A DNA stretch of 41,371 nt, from assembly GCA_028696435.1 (NCBI GenBank), contig JAQVHC010000001.1, forward strand, positions 1-41,371, given 5' to 3'. Both the position numbers and the translations under genes were made by a program. Under the pieces are notes generated by a model, which worked only from the letters and a program-made list of their open reading frames with translations, did no database searches and was not told the DNA's origin. This DNA is from Actinomycetota bacterium (GTDB taxonomy: Bacteria > Actinomycetota > Humimicrobiia > Humimicrobiales > Humimicrobiaceae). Of this stretch, positions 1 through 9,914 are shown piece by piece. Positions within the stretch are counted from its first letter, which is position 1; each line of letters starts with the position of its first letter.

Positions 1-338
1 CACAAGAGAAAAAAAATAGAATAATTGTAGTTTTCCAACCCCACAGATATTCGCGGCTGGCAAATTTGAAGGATAAGTTTGATGGCTGTTTTGATGAAAG
101 TGATATTTTAGTTGTTACAGATGTCTATGCATCAGGTGAGTTACCGATTCCAGGAATTACTGGTAAGACCCTGGTTGATATTTTATTAGATAATGGTTTT
201 AAAGGTAAATTAGCCTATATTCCGGGCTTGCATGAAGTAACAGAATATCTTGAACTCAATATGAAACAAAATGATATGATTTTACTGATGGGTGCGGGAG
301 ATATCACCAGAGTCACAGAAGAATTATTAAAATATTAA
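1..338 (+). CDS. murC: UDP-N-acetylmuramate--L-alanine ligase MurC, C-terminal part (5' end lies outside the window)
   Basis: Frame 3 is open from nt 3 and reads ...IIVVFQPHRYSRLANLKDKF..., which contains the conserved MurC QPHRYSR motif. It continues into tracked ORF 66..338 (DVYASGE...LMGAGDI). It lies directly upstream of murB-ddl. Confidence 0.85.
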   Translation, partial: QEKKNRIIVVFQPHRYSRLANLKDKFDGCFDESDILVVTDVYASGELPIPGITGKTLVDILLDNGFKGKLAYIPGLHEVTEYLELNMKQNDMILLMGAGDITRVTEELLKY

Positions 339-343
339 AAAGT

Positions 344-1300
344 TTGATCATACGTAAATTACTAATGAGAGAAAATAGACTATCAGGAGAAGAAATTGTT
401 AATATTATTAAGGGTGCAGGACTGAATAATGCAGTATTTAATGTAAACACATCGAGCCTGTCTTCCATCAGGACGGGAGGAAATGCACTCTGCTATTTTA
501 AAGCAGATGGAATTATGGATTTAAAGAAAATAATTGAAATCTGTATAGAGAAAAAAATTAGTTTCATGTTAATAGGGGATTGCACAAATGTTTTGTTTAA
601 TGATGGGTATATCAAGACAGTACTTATAAAACTGGGTACTGATTTTGATTATGTAGAATTTAAAGAAGACGGTGAAATTGAGGCAGGTGCAGCCTGTAAT
701 CTCTCAAAATTTATAATCAAAGCTGCAGCAGCAGGATATGATTTTTCAGTTCTTTCTGGCATACCGGGTACCCTGGGAGGGAGTATCGCAGGCAACAGCG
801 GAAGCAGGGATACTGGAATATGTGATTTTGTAAAAAAAATCAGTTATATTGCGGAAAGTAATGGGAAGATTATAGAAAAAACTGTGAGTCTGGATAAAAG
901 TAATTTTAGCTACAGAAATTTAAATATTCCTGACCTGATTGTATTGACCGGTGTAACAATGAGTGCACAAAAAGATAGCGAAAACGATATTCTAAAAAAA
1001 ATAAGACATAAAATAAAAACCAGGAAACTGAATCAGCCGGTTAATGCCAGAAGTCTCGGGTGTTTTTTTAAAAACGTAAAAAATTATCCTGAATCTGCAG
1101 GTGAATTAATAGAAAAGTGTCACCTCAAAGGATTTACTTATGGTGGTGCCAGAGTTTCAAAAAAACATGCAAATTTTATTGAAAACTTTAGAAATGCCAG
1201 CTCGAATGACATATTTGTTCTTTCAAAAATAATAAAGGATGTAGTTATGGAAAAGTTCGGAATAAGACTGGAATACGAAGTTAAGCTGGTAGGATTCTAA
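344..1300 (+). CDS. murB: UDP-N-acetylenolpyruvoylglucosamine reductase MurB
   Basis: 318-aa ORF with MurB-type motifs (GGNA, GIPGTLGGSIAGNSG, FSYRN, GCFFKN, KKHANFIEN) in dcw-cluster context. The true start may be the ATG at 365 rather than the TTG at 344. Confidence 0.85.
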   Translation: MIIRKLLMRENRLSGEEIVNIIKGAGLNNAVFNVNTSSLSSIRTGGNALCYFKADGIMDLKKIIEICIEKKISFMLIGDCTNVLFNDGYIKTVLIKLGTDFDYVEFKEDGEIEAGAACNLSKFIIKAAAAGYDFSVLSGIPGTLGGSIAGNSGSRDTGICDFVKKISYIAESNGKIIEKTVSLDKSNFSYRNLNIPDLIVLTGVTMSAQKDSENDILKKIRHKIKTRKLNQPVNARSLGCFFKNVKNYPESAGELIEKCHLKGFTYGGARVSKKHANFIENFRNASSNDIFVLSKIIKDVVMEKFGIRLEYEVKLVGF

Positions 1301-1326
1301 TTATACAAAAGGAAAAGGATTTTATT

Positions 1327-2304
1327 ATGTCTGATTTACTAAAAAAGTTTCAGAATCTTAAAGTAAGGGAAAATAAAAAATCGCTTAAAATTGGTGTAAT
1401 TGCCGGAGGTGTTTCATCGGAGAGGGAGATATCACTACTAACTGGAAAAAATATCTATGACTCACTATTAAGATCAGGTTACAATGCTGTTTTTATTGAC
1501 CCTGTAGATGATTTTTTTAAAAGGCTTAAAGAGGTAAATATAGCATTCCTTGCGCTTCATGGTAAATATGGTGAGGATGGAACAATACAGGGGTTACTCG
1601 AATTTGCAGGGATTCCATATACAGGATCAGGAATACTGGGTAGCGCAATTGCAATTAATAAGATATTATCAAAGAAAATTTTTCAGTGTGAAAATATACT
1701 TACACCAGATTATATTGAAGTAGAATTAAAAAATGGATTAGAACTATCAGAGTTAAAAAAACTTTTAGATAAAAAAACCGGATACCCTGTAATAGTTAAA
1801 CCAAATACAGAAGGTTCAACAATAGGTGTAAGCATAGTTGATAATGATTCCCAGCTGGAGAGCGCAGTTAACGAAGCCCTAAAATATGACAACAGGATTT
1901 TAATCGAAAAATATATAAAGGGAAGGGAATTAACTGTAAGCATTATAGGAAATGAACCAATTGCCCTGCCTATTATTGAAATAAAGCCTAAAAGTGGTTT
2001 CTATGACTATGAGGCAAAATACACCAGCGGTATGACTGAATATGTGGTTCCTGCGGAGCTGGATGATAAATTAACCGGATACATATTAGAAACAGCAGTT
2101 AAATGTCATAAAGCGCTGCAATGTAAGAGTATTTCAAGAGTTGATTTTATTCTGGATAATTATAACAATGCATATGTTTTTGAATTAAATACAATGCCCG
2201 GTATGACTGAAACAAGTCTGGTGCCAAAGGCTGCAAAAGCTGCAGGTATTAGTTTTGATCTCCTGGTTGAAATCATATTAGATCTAGCAAGTTTAAAAGT
2301 TTAA
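1327..2304 (+). CDS. ddl: D-alanine--D-alanine ligase
   Basis: 325 aa with LHGKYGEDGTIQGLLEFAGIPYTGSG, an ATP-grasp core (PVIVKPNTEGSTIGVS) and C-terminal ELNTMPGMTETSL. Its position between murB and ftsQ fits. Confidence 0.9.
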   Translation: MSDLLKKFQNLKVRENKKSLKIGVIAGGVSSEREISLLTGKNIYDSLLRSGYNAVFIDPVDDFFKRLKEVNIAFLALHGKYGEDGTIQGLLEFAGIPYTGSGILGSAIAINKILSKKIFQCENILTPDYIEVELKNGLELSELKKLLDKKTGYPVIVKPNTEGSTIGVSIVDNDSQLESAVNEALKYDNRILIEKYIKGRELTVSIIGNEPIALPIIEIKPKSGFYDYEAKYTSGMTEYVVPAELDDKLTGYILETAVKCHKALQCKSISRVDFILDNYNNAYVFELNTMPGMTETSLVPKAAKAAGISFDLLVEIILDLASLKV

Positions 2305-2308
2305 TTTG

Positions 2309-3093
2309 ATGGTGACAAAATTAAAAAAAGTGATAATTCCATTATAGCCAGAAGAAGAAGAAAAATTATCGGAAGGAGAATACGGGATTTTCTTAAACTA
2401 GTCCTCATTATCATTTTTTTTGCTTTATCTATATGGGGTCTTAATTATTTTTATAATAGTGATTATTTTAAGATTAAAAGTATAGAGATACAGGGTAATA
2501 AACACTATAAGGATGAAGAAATTAAAACTCTTGTAGAGGATTTAACAGGTAGTAATATATTTGAAGTTAATAAGAAAAAAATAGAGGATGCATTAACTAA
2601 AAAACTAAGCTGGATAAAAGAAATAGAATTAAGCAAAGTTTTCCCGGATAAAATTGTGATAGAAATAACTGAAAGAAAACCCTGTCTTAAAATAGTATAT
2701 CTGGGGAACTATTTTCTTGTAGATGATGAAGGTGTGGTGCTTGATAAGATTGATAAAGAGAGTCTGGATAAATATAAAGATTTAATTCTGGTTAGAAATG
2801 CAGTTAATTATAGTATTAATGTAGGTGAGAAAATAGCAAAGAAAAATGTACTTAGTTGTGCTGAAATTTATGACTTTTTTGACAGTGATCTTAAAAATCT
2901 AATTAAAGAAGCCAGGCTGGATGATAATATTTCAGGGGATATAATTTTCCATACTGTCAATGGAAGGGAAATTATTTTTGGCGACAGCAGTGATATCTCA
3001 AAAAAAGTAGAAATCCTTAAAGAATTACTAGAAGGACAGTCAAATTGTAGTATAATTGATTTAAGAATCTCTGATAACCCTGTGATAAAATAA
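2309..3093 (+). CDS. ftsQ: Cell division protein FtsQ/DivIB (reading frame interrupted at an A7 run)
   Basis: Frame 1 is open from 2305 to 3093. It encodes a basic N-terminus (ARRRRKIIGRR), one TM helix (LKLVLIIIFFALSIWGL), a POTRA-like segment (FKIKSIEIQGNKHY...) and the tracked C-terminal 145 aa. There is no ATG/GTG/TTG in that frame before 2656. TTG-ATG-GTG at 2306-2314 lie in frame 2, which stops at 2345. The two frames join by a -1 shift at A7 (2323-2329). Confidence 0.75.
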
Positions 3094-3109
3094 GGAAGCG
3101 GAGGTATGG

Positions 3110-4363
3110 TTGCCGGCAAAGGATGAAAATATTGTAGGAATCGACATAGGAACTACCAAGGTAATAACTTTAATAGGAACAGTAGATAAAAATAACGTAT
3201 TGAGAATAAAAGGTTCTGGAATTTCAGGCTCAAAAGGTATTAAAAAGGGATTGATTATAGATATAAATGAAGCTTCGAGGTCTATACTTGAATCTATAGA
3301 GATGGCTGAAAAATCTACAAAGGCATTTGTTGATAGCGCTTATATAGGAGTTACAGGCAAGCATATTTCTTTCTTGAGCAACTTATGTGAAATAGATATT
3401 AATTCACCTAATAATATAATAAGAAAATCAGATGTTGATAGGCTTATTTCGATGGCAAACCGGGTAAGTATATCCCCGGAGCATGAAATTATACATACTT
3501 TAATAAAACAGTTTATTGTAGATGGAGAAAAAGGGATAATTGACCCTATAGGTTTATCAGCCGGGAAGTTAGCTGTAGAGTTACTGGCAATTTATGGGAC
3601 GACCTCCTTAATTAATAACATAGTTAACAGTGTAAAAGCCAATAAAATAGGGATTAAAGATATAATTGTTGAGGCTCTTGCCTCAAGCGAAGCAGTCCTT
3701 ACTCCAGAAGAAAAAGAGAGCGGAGTGATACTTCTGGACATTGGTGGAGGAACAACAGATGTTGCTATATATAAAAATAAAAAGATGGTATTTACCCACA
3801 GTCTTCCGGTAGGAGGAGATTTAATAACCAATGATATATCAATTGGTCTTAATATCCCATTTTTAAGGGCAGAAGAAATTAAAAAGAAATTTGCCAATGT
3901 TGATTACAATTTTTATGATACTTTAAACAGGATAAACATAGGTGATATAAAAATAGATAGTAACAGGACAACCTTAAACATAAGGTTATATAATATTGTA
4001 AATTGCCGCGTTAAAGAACTGTTGAATTTAGTTAAAGAAAAAATTGAAGGTTATGATTTTATGCACAGAGTTCCATGTGGACTTGTATTAACTGGAGGGA
4101 CATCTCTTCTTAAAGGGATAGCCCCGCTGGCAAGCTCAATATTTAATCTGCCAGTGAGGCTGGGGGCACCATATGACATAGATGGACCACCGGAAGTTAT
4201 AAATAATCCGATTTATTCGACAGGGGTGGGTTTATTAAAATACGCCTGTCAGCTGGAAAATTATGTTAACATAAGCCAGATCGGGGAAAAGAAAGAAAAA
4301 AATAACTTTGCAAGGAAATTCAGGGAATTTATACTAAAAATTTTAAAAAATGAAAGCAGGTGA
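3110..4363 (+). CDS. ftsA: Cell division protein FtsA
   Basis: 417 aa with actin-like ATPase motifs ([34 protein letters not shown]) and a C-terminal amphipathic tail ([14 protein letters not shown]). It has a TTG start 6 nt after GGAAGCGGAGG and lies between ftsQ and ftsZ. Confidence 0.92.
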   Translation: MPAKDENIVGIDIGTTKVITLIGTVDKNNVLRIKGSGISGSKGIKKGLIIDINEASRSILESIEMAEKSTKAFVDSAYIGVTGKHISFLSNLCEIDINSPNNIIRKSDVDRLISMANRVSISPEHEIIHTLIKQFIVDGEKGIIDPIGLSAGKLAVELLAIYGTTSLINNIVNSVKANKIGIKDIIVEALASSEAVLTPEEKESGVILLDIGGGTTDVAIYKNKKMVFTHSLPVGGDLITNDISIGLNIPFLRAEEIKKKFANVDYNFYDTLNRINIGDIKIDSNRTTLNIRLYNIVNCRVKELLNLVKEKIEGYDFMHRVPCGLVLTGGTSLLKGIAPLASSIFNLPVRLGAPYDIDGPPEVINNPIYSTGVGLLKYACQLENYVNISQIGEKKEKNNFARKFREFILKILKNESR

Positions 4364-5544
4364 TTATTTTGAGTTTTGATTTTAATAAAAGTTATTACGC
4401 AGTTATAAGAGTAATAGGTGTAGGGGGTGGAGGCAGTAATGCTGTAAACAGGATGATGGAAGATAATTTAAGCGGATGTGAGTTTGTAGCGATAAATACT
4501 GATGCTCAGGCCTTGATGATGTCAGCAGCAGATAAAAAAGTATTAATTGGTGAAACTGGATTGGGTGCAGGTTCAAACCCGGAAATCGGGAGAGTTGCTG
4601 CGGAAAAGTCAATAGAATCAATAAAAGAAGTTGTAAAAGATGCAGATATGATATTTTTAACGGTAGGAGAAGGAGGTGGCACAGGAACCGGTGCAGCCCC
4701 TATAATTGCAGATGCAGCCAGAGAAGCAGGATGCCTGACAGTTGCGGTAGTTACAAAACCATTTACTTTTGAGGGTAAAAAGAGAATATGTCAGGCTGAG
4801 GAAGGTATTGAAAACCTTAAAGATAAGGTTGATACTCTTATAGTTATTCCTAATGATAGGCTACTGGAGGTTGCTGATGAAAATACAACATTAATTGATG
4901 CTTTTAAATTAGCTGATAATGTACTTAAGGCAGGTGTTAGGGGAGTTACAGATTTAATAACCCTGCCGGGTCTTATAAACCTGGACTTTGCAGATGTGAA
5001 GTCAATAATGAAAAATGCAGGGAATGCAATCCTCGGGGATGGGTCAGCAGCAGGTGAAAATAGGGCTATTAAAGCAGCCCAGAATGCAATTTCCAGTCCT
5101 CTTATAGAGACTTCAATAGAAGGCGCAAATGGAATTCTTTTAAATATATCTGGCGGACCTGATTTAAAGTTATTTGAAGTCAACCAGGCAGCGGAAGTTA
5201 TAAAAAATGCAGCCGGTCCAAATACAAATATTATTTTTGGTGCCGTTATTGACGAACGTATGAATGATAATGTAAAAGTCACCATTATTGCTACGGGATT
5301 CGAACAGCGAAAATCAACAAGAGCAAAAACTGAAGATAGAGTTAAGGTGGAAGATAAAGAAAAAAGAGATGAGAAGAGCAGAGAGAAAGAAATAGAAGAG
5401 AAGCTATTTGAGTTTGAAAAGGATATACTTGCTGAAAAAAAGAAGAAAATGGAGCCTAAGAAGGTACCGGAGAGTGATTTTACCCCTCTTGAAGAAGATG
5501 ATTATCTCGATATACCTACATTTTTAAGAAAAGATAAAGAATAA
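4360..5544 (+). CDS. ftsZ: Cell division GTPase FtsZ
   Basis: [15 protein letters not shown], tubulin signature [15 protein letters not shown], then a K/E-rich linker and the conserved C-terminal peptide [11 protein letters not shown]. The GTG start overlaps the ftsA stop (GTGA). Confidence 0.97.
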   Translation: MIILSFDFNKSYYAVIRVIGVGGGGSNAVNRMMEDNLSGCEFVAINTDAQALMMSAADKKVLIGETGLGAGSNPEIGRVAAEKSIESIKEVVKDADMIFLTVGEGGGTGTGAAPIIADAAREAGCLTVAVVTKPFTFEGKKRICQAEEGIENLKDKVDTLIVIPNDRLLEVADENTTLIDAFKLADNVLKAGVRGVTDLITLPGLINLDFADVKSIMKNAGNAILGDGSAAGENRAIKAAQNAISSPLIETSIEGANGILLNISGGPDLKLFEVNQAAEVIKNAAGPNTNIIFGAVIDERMNDNVKVTIIATGFEQRKSTRAKTEDRVKVEDKEKRDEKSREKEIEEKLFEFEKDILAEKKKKMEPKKVPESDFTPLEEDDYLDIPTFLRKDKE

Positions 5545-5565
5545 GTTATTTATTATTAATTTAAA

Positions 5566-6372
5566 ATGTCATTAATAAAAAAAGCATTGTCTGAAGATCT
5601 TACAGTATATTCACCTTCCAATTTAAAAAAAGAACATGGTATAGTTTTTTGTTTTACAAACAGATATGGAGGATACAGCAAAGGAAGATTCAAATCTTTA
5701 AATGTGGATTATTATACAGGCGACAGTAAAACGAATGTTAAAAAAAATAGAAAAAAAATACTTGAAAAACTTAATTTAGAAAATTTAGAATTTATATATT
5801 CAGCAAGACAGATACACGGAAACAGCATTTTGAATATAAATAAATATAATAATTATATAAAATTAGATACTGATAATATTCCAGTTGAATGTGATTGTAT
5901 TGTAACAGATTTAAAAAATACTCCAATAATGGTAATGGGAGCAGATTGTAATTTAATACTTATAGCAGATATAGAGAAAAAAACAGTTGCAGCTGTGCAT
6001 GCAGGTTGGAAAGGAACTTTAAAAGAAATAACGGCAAAAACTATCTTATATATGAGAAAAGAATTTAAAAGTAAAACAGAAAATATTGTTGTAGCTTTTG
6101 GGCCAGGTATACGCAGGTGCTGTTATAAAGTTACTAGTGTGATTCTTGAAGAATTCACTGGCAGGTTTGGCTGCGGAAATTTTTTTTCAATAAAAGGTGA
6201 CAATATTTTTCTGGACCTTATTGATATAAATCTTATGCAACTTCATGAAGCTGGCATAAGTAAAGAAAATATTTATGACTGCGGTCTGTGCACCTGCTGT
6301 AATCATGATTTTTACTCATACAGGAGAAGTAAAATAACAGGAAGACAGGCTGCGGTAGCAGTTATTTTATAA
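5566..6372 (+). CDS. pgeF: PgeF/YfiH/YlmD family protein (DUF152, purine nucleoside phosphorylase / laccase-domain protein)
   Basis: 268 aa with the family His-Cys-His pattern (QIHGN..., ECDCIVT, GADCNLI, VHAGWKGT). It occupies the ylmD position directly after ftsZ. Confidence 0.8.
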   Translation: MSLIKKALSEDLTVYSPSNLKKEHGIVFCFTNRYGGYSKGRFKSLNVDYYTGDSKTNVKKNRKKILEKLNLENLEFIYSARQIHGNSILNINKYNNYIKLDTDNIPVECDCIVTDLKNTPIMVMGADCNLILIADIEKKTVAAVHAGWKGTLKEITAKTILYMRKEFKSKTENIVVAFGPGIRRCCYKVTSVILEEFTGRFGCGNFFSIKGDNIFLDLIDINLMQLHEAGISKENIYDCGLCTCCNHDFYSYRRSKITGRQAAVAVIL

Positions 6373-6482
6373 TTATAACAAATTAAGGATAGGCCAAATC
6401 AGTTTTGTCGTTTATCCTTGAGAAGCGCAGGAGAGAATAAATTTAAAATTGTAAAAAGAAGAACAGTAAAAGGGGTGCCAGG

Positions 6483-7196
6483 ATTATAAAAGAAGAGAAA
6501 TTAATAGAAGAAAAAAAAGCAGAAAGATTAAAAAAAAATATTGACAATCTGAGAGAAGAAGTAAAAAAAACCTGTAATAAAGCTGGAAGAAATGTTTCTG
6601 ATGTTAAGATTGTGATTGCTACGAAATACGCCTCATTGCAGCAGGTAAAGCTTCTTTATACTCTTGGAATTAATAATTTTGGTGAAAACAGAGCCGACGA
6701 GCTTGTGGAAAAATATAATGCTACTGGAGGGGCTCCTGTATGGCATTTCATAGGGCATCTTCAGAGCAGAAAAGCAAAAATAGTAGTTCCACTGGTAGAA
6801 TATATACATTCGATAGATAAAATAAGCACTCTGGATAAAGTAAATGCAGAAGCAGAAGAATTAAATAAAATACAGAAAGTATTAATAGAGGTTAATATTT
6901 CAGGAGAAGAATCAAAGTTTGGCATAGATCCAGAAGATTTATATAATTTCTTAAAAGAGGCATTAAATTTCAAAAATGTTAATGTAGTCGGCCTTATGAC
7001 CATGGCACCACTGACCGATGATTTTAAGCTAATAAGAGGAATTTTTAGGAAGCTAAGGATTCTCATGGAAAATTCCAATAGGTATCTGGAGGATATAAAT
7101 CTTACGGAGCTTTCAATGGGTATGAGTAATGATTACAGGGTGGCAATCGAAGAAGGAGCAACTATGATAAGAGTAGGTTCGGTTATCTTTAATTAA
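6483..7196 (+). CDS. yggS: YggS/YlmE family pyridoxal-phosphate homeostasis protein (5' boundary uncertain)
   Basis: The tracked ORF 6612..7196 has FGENRADE, WHFIGHLQSRK, SMGMSNDY and IRVGSVIF. The same frame is open back to 6447 and encodes the expected N-terminal helix (NIDNLREEVKKTCNKAGRNVSDVKIVIATK). No canonical start exists there. ATT at 6483 lies 7 nt after AAGGGG. Confidence 0.8.
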   Translation: MIKEEKLIEEKKAERLKKNIDNLREEVKKTCNKAGRNVSDVKIVIATKYASLQQVKLLYTLGINNFGENRADELVEKYNATGGAPVWHFIGHLQSRKAKIVVPLVEYIHSIDKISTLDKVNAEAEELNKIQKVLIEVNISGEESKFGIDPEDLYNFLKEALNFKNVNVVGLMTMAPLTDDFKLIRGIFRKLRILMENSNRYLEDINLTELSMGMSNDYRVAIEEGATMIRVGSVIFN

Positions 7197-7220
7197 TTTT
7201 TAATTATATAGGGAGGAGTA

Positions 7221-7733
7221 ATGGACGGATTTTTTAAAAAAACTCTTTCTTTCCTGGGTTTGTTAGATGAAGATGAAATAAATCTGGAAAACATTGAAGA
7301 AAAAGATAGCATAAAGGTGATGAATAGAAAATCGAAGAGAGAAAGTAATAAAATAGAATCAATACGGGGAAAAGAAGATTTAAATAGCAAACCTGTTTCA
7401 ATTTTAAAGCAGCCAAGGAGAAGCCATTTTATTGGTGCGGGTAAAGATAGTACAAAATCCAGGTTGTTTATTGCAAAACCAGAGGAATTTGAGGAAATTC
7501 AGGTAATTGCTGATAATTTTAAGAGCAATATTCCGGTTATAATTAATCTTCAGGAAACCAATCAGGATCTTGCAAAAAGGATAATTGATTTTTGCAGTGG
7601 TCTCACTTATGCCCTGGAAGGGAATATTAAGAAAGTAGCTGAAAAAGTTTTTTTGATTTCGCCTTATAATGTAGAAATAAGTTCAGAAGATAAAGAATTA
7701 TTAAGAGAAGAGGGCCTTTATGACCAGTTTTAA
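7221..7733 (+). CDS. sepF: Cell division protein SepF (YlmF)
   Basis: 170 aa with an N-terminal amphipathic MDGFFKKTLSFLGLLDED and a C-terminal SepF core (PEEFEEIQVIADNFKSNIPVIINL...DFCSGLTYALEGNIKKV). It occupies the ylmF position. Confidence 0.88.
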   Translation: MDGFFKKTLSFLGLLDEDEINLENIEEKDSIKVMNRKSKRESNKIESIRGKEDLNSKPVSILKQPRRSHFIGAGKDSTKSRLFIAKPEEFEEIQVIADNFKSNIPVIINLQETNQDLAKRIIDFCSGLTYALEGNIKKVAEKVFLISPYNVEISSEDKELLREEGLYDQF

Positions 7734-8580
7734 CGAGGAAGCTTTTCTGGATAAATATAAATTGGGAATAATTGGCTGTGGAAATATGGGCGAAGCTATA
7801 CTCAAGGGCGTGCTTGACTGTAGTTTTTTGAAACCAGGGGAAATAGTAATTTATGACAAAGATATGTATCGAGAAAAATATCTAGAAAATAATTACAGGG
7901 TGCATATTGCTGAAGATATCAGTGAACTTGTAAGAAAAGGCGAGTATATACTACTGGGAGTAAAACCCCAGGATTCAAGAATTGTGCTTGAGCAGGTTAA
8001 AATCAATTTTAACAACAGGGTAAATTCAATAATTAGCATTATGGCAGGAGTCCCTACAGGTTATATTGAAAAAATATTGAATTCTAATGCCAGTGTAATA
8101 AGAATAATGCCCAACGTTCCGGCATTATTTGGAAAAGGGATGTCTGCTATAAGCAGGGGGAAGTTTGCAAAAGAAAGTGACCTGATGTTTTCGGAAAAAT
8201 TGATAGGAAGCGTCGGTGATTATGTTTTGATCGATGAAAAATATCAAAATATTGCAACAGCTCTAAATGGAAGCGGACCGGCTTATTTTTTTCTTTTTTG
8301 TAAATATTTGATCGACGTGGGAATTAAAAATGGTCTTGACCCTGAAATATCAAAAAAACTGGTGATAGAAACCATGATTGGTGCCGGTGTAACTATTAAA
8401 AAATCTGAAGAAAATCCTGATGACCTTATTAAAAAAGTTGCATCCCGTGGCGGAACTACTGAAGCTGCACTTGAAGAATTTCTAAAGGGCGGGATTGATA
8501 ATATAATTATCAGGGCAGTTGAAAGTGCAAAAAAAAGGGCATGTGAACTTGAGAAGTCTCTTTATGAAGAAAATAAATAG
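7720..8580 (+). CDS. proC: Pyrroline-5-carboxylate reductase
   Basis: 286 aa with a Rossmann motif (GIIGCGNMGEAI), MPNVPA and C-terminal SRGGTTEAALEEF. It overlaps the sepF stop by 14 nt. Confidence 0.88.
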   Translation: MTSFNEEAFLDKYKLGIIGCGNMGEAILKGVLDCSFLKPGEIVIYDKDMYREKYLENNYRVHIAEDISELVRKGEYILLGVKPQDSRIVLEQVKINFNNRVNSIISIMAGVPTGYIEKILNSNASVIRIMPNVPALFGKGMSAISRGKFAKESDLMFSEKLIGSVGDYVLIDEKYQNIATALNGSGPAYFFLFCKYLIDVGIKNGLDPEISKKLVIETMIGAGVTIKKSEENPDDLIKKVASRGGTTEAALEEFLKGGIDNIIIRAVESAKKRACELEKSLYEENK

Positions 8581-8912
8581 ATAATTACAAAAAGATTAAT
8601 TGAATTTATGGATTTTTTACCGTGATAATTTCTTTTATAGCTTATATTACTATAATATTTAAAAAAATAATTATATAATAATTAAAGATAAGTTTTGCTA
8701 AATTTAAGAATGTGTATAATAAATTTATAACTGTCAATTGGCAACGGGTAGTTATATTAAATAATATTCAGGAAAATTAAACTATTAAAATGAACAGGCA
8801 AAATTTATGTAGATATTTTTTATATTATAATAGTTATGATTATTAATCTAATGGTAGTATTGTTGTATTATATCAATAAATAGTAAGTCGTTAAAAAATA
8901 TCGGAGGTAACT

Positions 8913-9914
8913 ATGAGCATAAATTCAGAAATCATTCAGAAAAAAGAATTTCATGTTGTATTTAAAGGATACAAACCTGAAGAGGTTGACAAATTTTTAG
9001 ATATTCTGGCAGTGGAATTTGAAAAATTACAGAGAACAAACCGTGAGTTACAGGAAAGTCTGGATAAAATTAAATATGAGGAGAGTAAAGAATCTGCTGA
9101 AATGAAAAAGGTTATTCAGGAAGCAATTGTCTCGGCACACAAGATTGCAGAGGATATAAAGATGAAAGCGGAAAAGGAAGCTGAAGAAATAGTAAGAACT
9201 AAAGTAGCAGAAGAGGAGAATTCATATAAAAAACTATTGAGCAAAAAGATGCAACTTGAAAGGGAAATTGAAGAGCTGGAGAAGGAGTATAAAAGCTTTA
9301 CTGAAAAAATTGCAAAACTTGTAGATGATTTTAAAAAAGCTACCTCAGGATTAGCGGAAGATAAATTCATTCATGTATCTCCAACTATTGAAGAAAGCAG
9401 CGGCTTTGGAGAAGGCAGGGTTAATAGAGATCTGGGTGTAGAAAAAAAAGAGGAGGAGAAATTAATTTATTCTGAAGATAACAGATCATTAATTCCGGAA
9501 AATAAAAAAGAGGTGGTTGAGGAAGAAGAGCATGAGGTAGATGACCTGCTGGAAAGCAGGCTGGGCAAACACGCTAGAAACGAAGAAGAACCCGGGAAAG
9601 AAGGCCCGGAAAAGGGAGAAGGTTTTGAAAAGATCAAATTTGAAGACTCGTTTGATAGTGAGGAATCCGGAGAGGAGTATTTGAAAAAAAGCAAATTTAG
9701 AGAGTATTTTGATGAAGAAGAATATAAGATAGAAAAAGAAGAAGAAGAAGAGAAGCAGGAAGAAATGGAGAAAAAGCCTGGACGGGGAATTTATGGTGAT
9801 TATGAAGAGGAAGAAGAGTCGGAGGATTATTATAAACCAAAGAGGATGAAAAAGAAAATAGATATAGCAAATCCTGATATAATTAATGATTTCTTTAAAA
9901 CTGATGAAGACTGA
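8913..9914 (+). CDS. divIVA: DivIVA-domain protein with a long acidic C-terminal extension
   Basis: The N-terminus (IIQKKEFHVVFKGYKPEEVDKFLDILAVEFEKLQ) is the canonical DivIVA lipid-binding domain. It is followed by a coiled coil and then about 180 aa of E/K/D-rich low complexity. A GGAGG lies 6 nt upstream of the ATG. Confidence 0.88.
   Translation: MSINSEIIQKKEFHVVFKGYKPEEVDKFLDILAVEFEKLQRTNRELQESLDKIKYEESKESAEMKKVIQEAIVSAHKIAEDIKMKAEKEAEEIVRTKVAEEENSYKKLLSKKMQLEREIEELEKEYKSFTEKIAKLVDDFKKATSGLAEDKFIHVSPTIEESSGFGEGRVNRDLGVEKKEEEKLIYSEDNRSLIPENKKEVVEEEEHEVDDLLESRLGKHARNEEEPGKEGPEKGEGFEKIKFEDSFDSEESGEEYLKKSKFREYFDEEEYKIEKEEEEEKQEEMEKKPGRGIYGDYEEEEESEDYYKPKRMKKKIDIANPDIINDFFKTDED

Noticed and set aside
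2302-2310. Possible Ddl-FtsQ fusion by read-through, since ftsQ frame 1 is the same frame as ddl and starts right after its TAA
   Set aside because: A TTG-ATG-GTG start cluster immediately downstream, together with the A7 run, gives a simpler explanation. A cytoplasmic ligase fused to a bitopic membrane protein is biologically implausible. No signal for stop-codon reassignment is seen, as other genes end normally in TAA.
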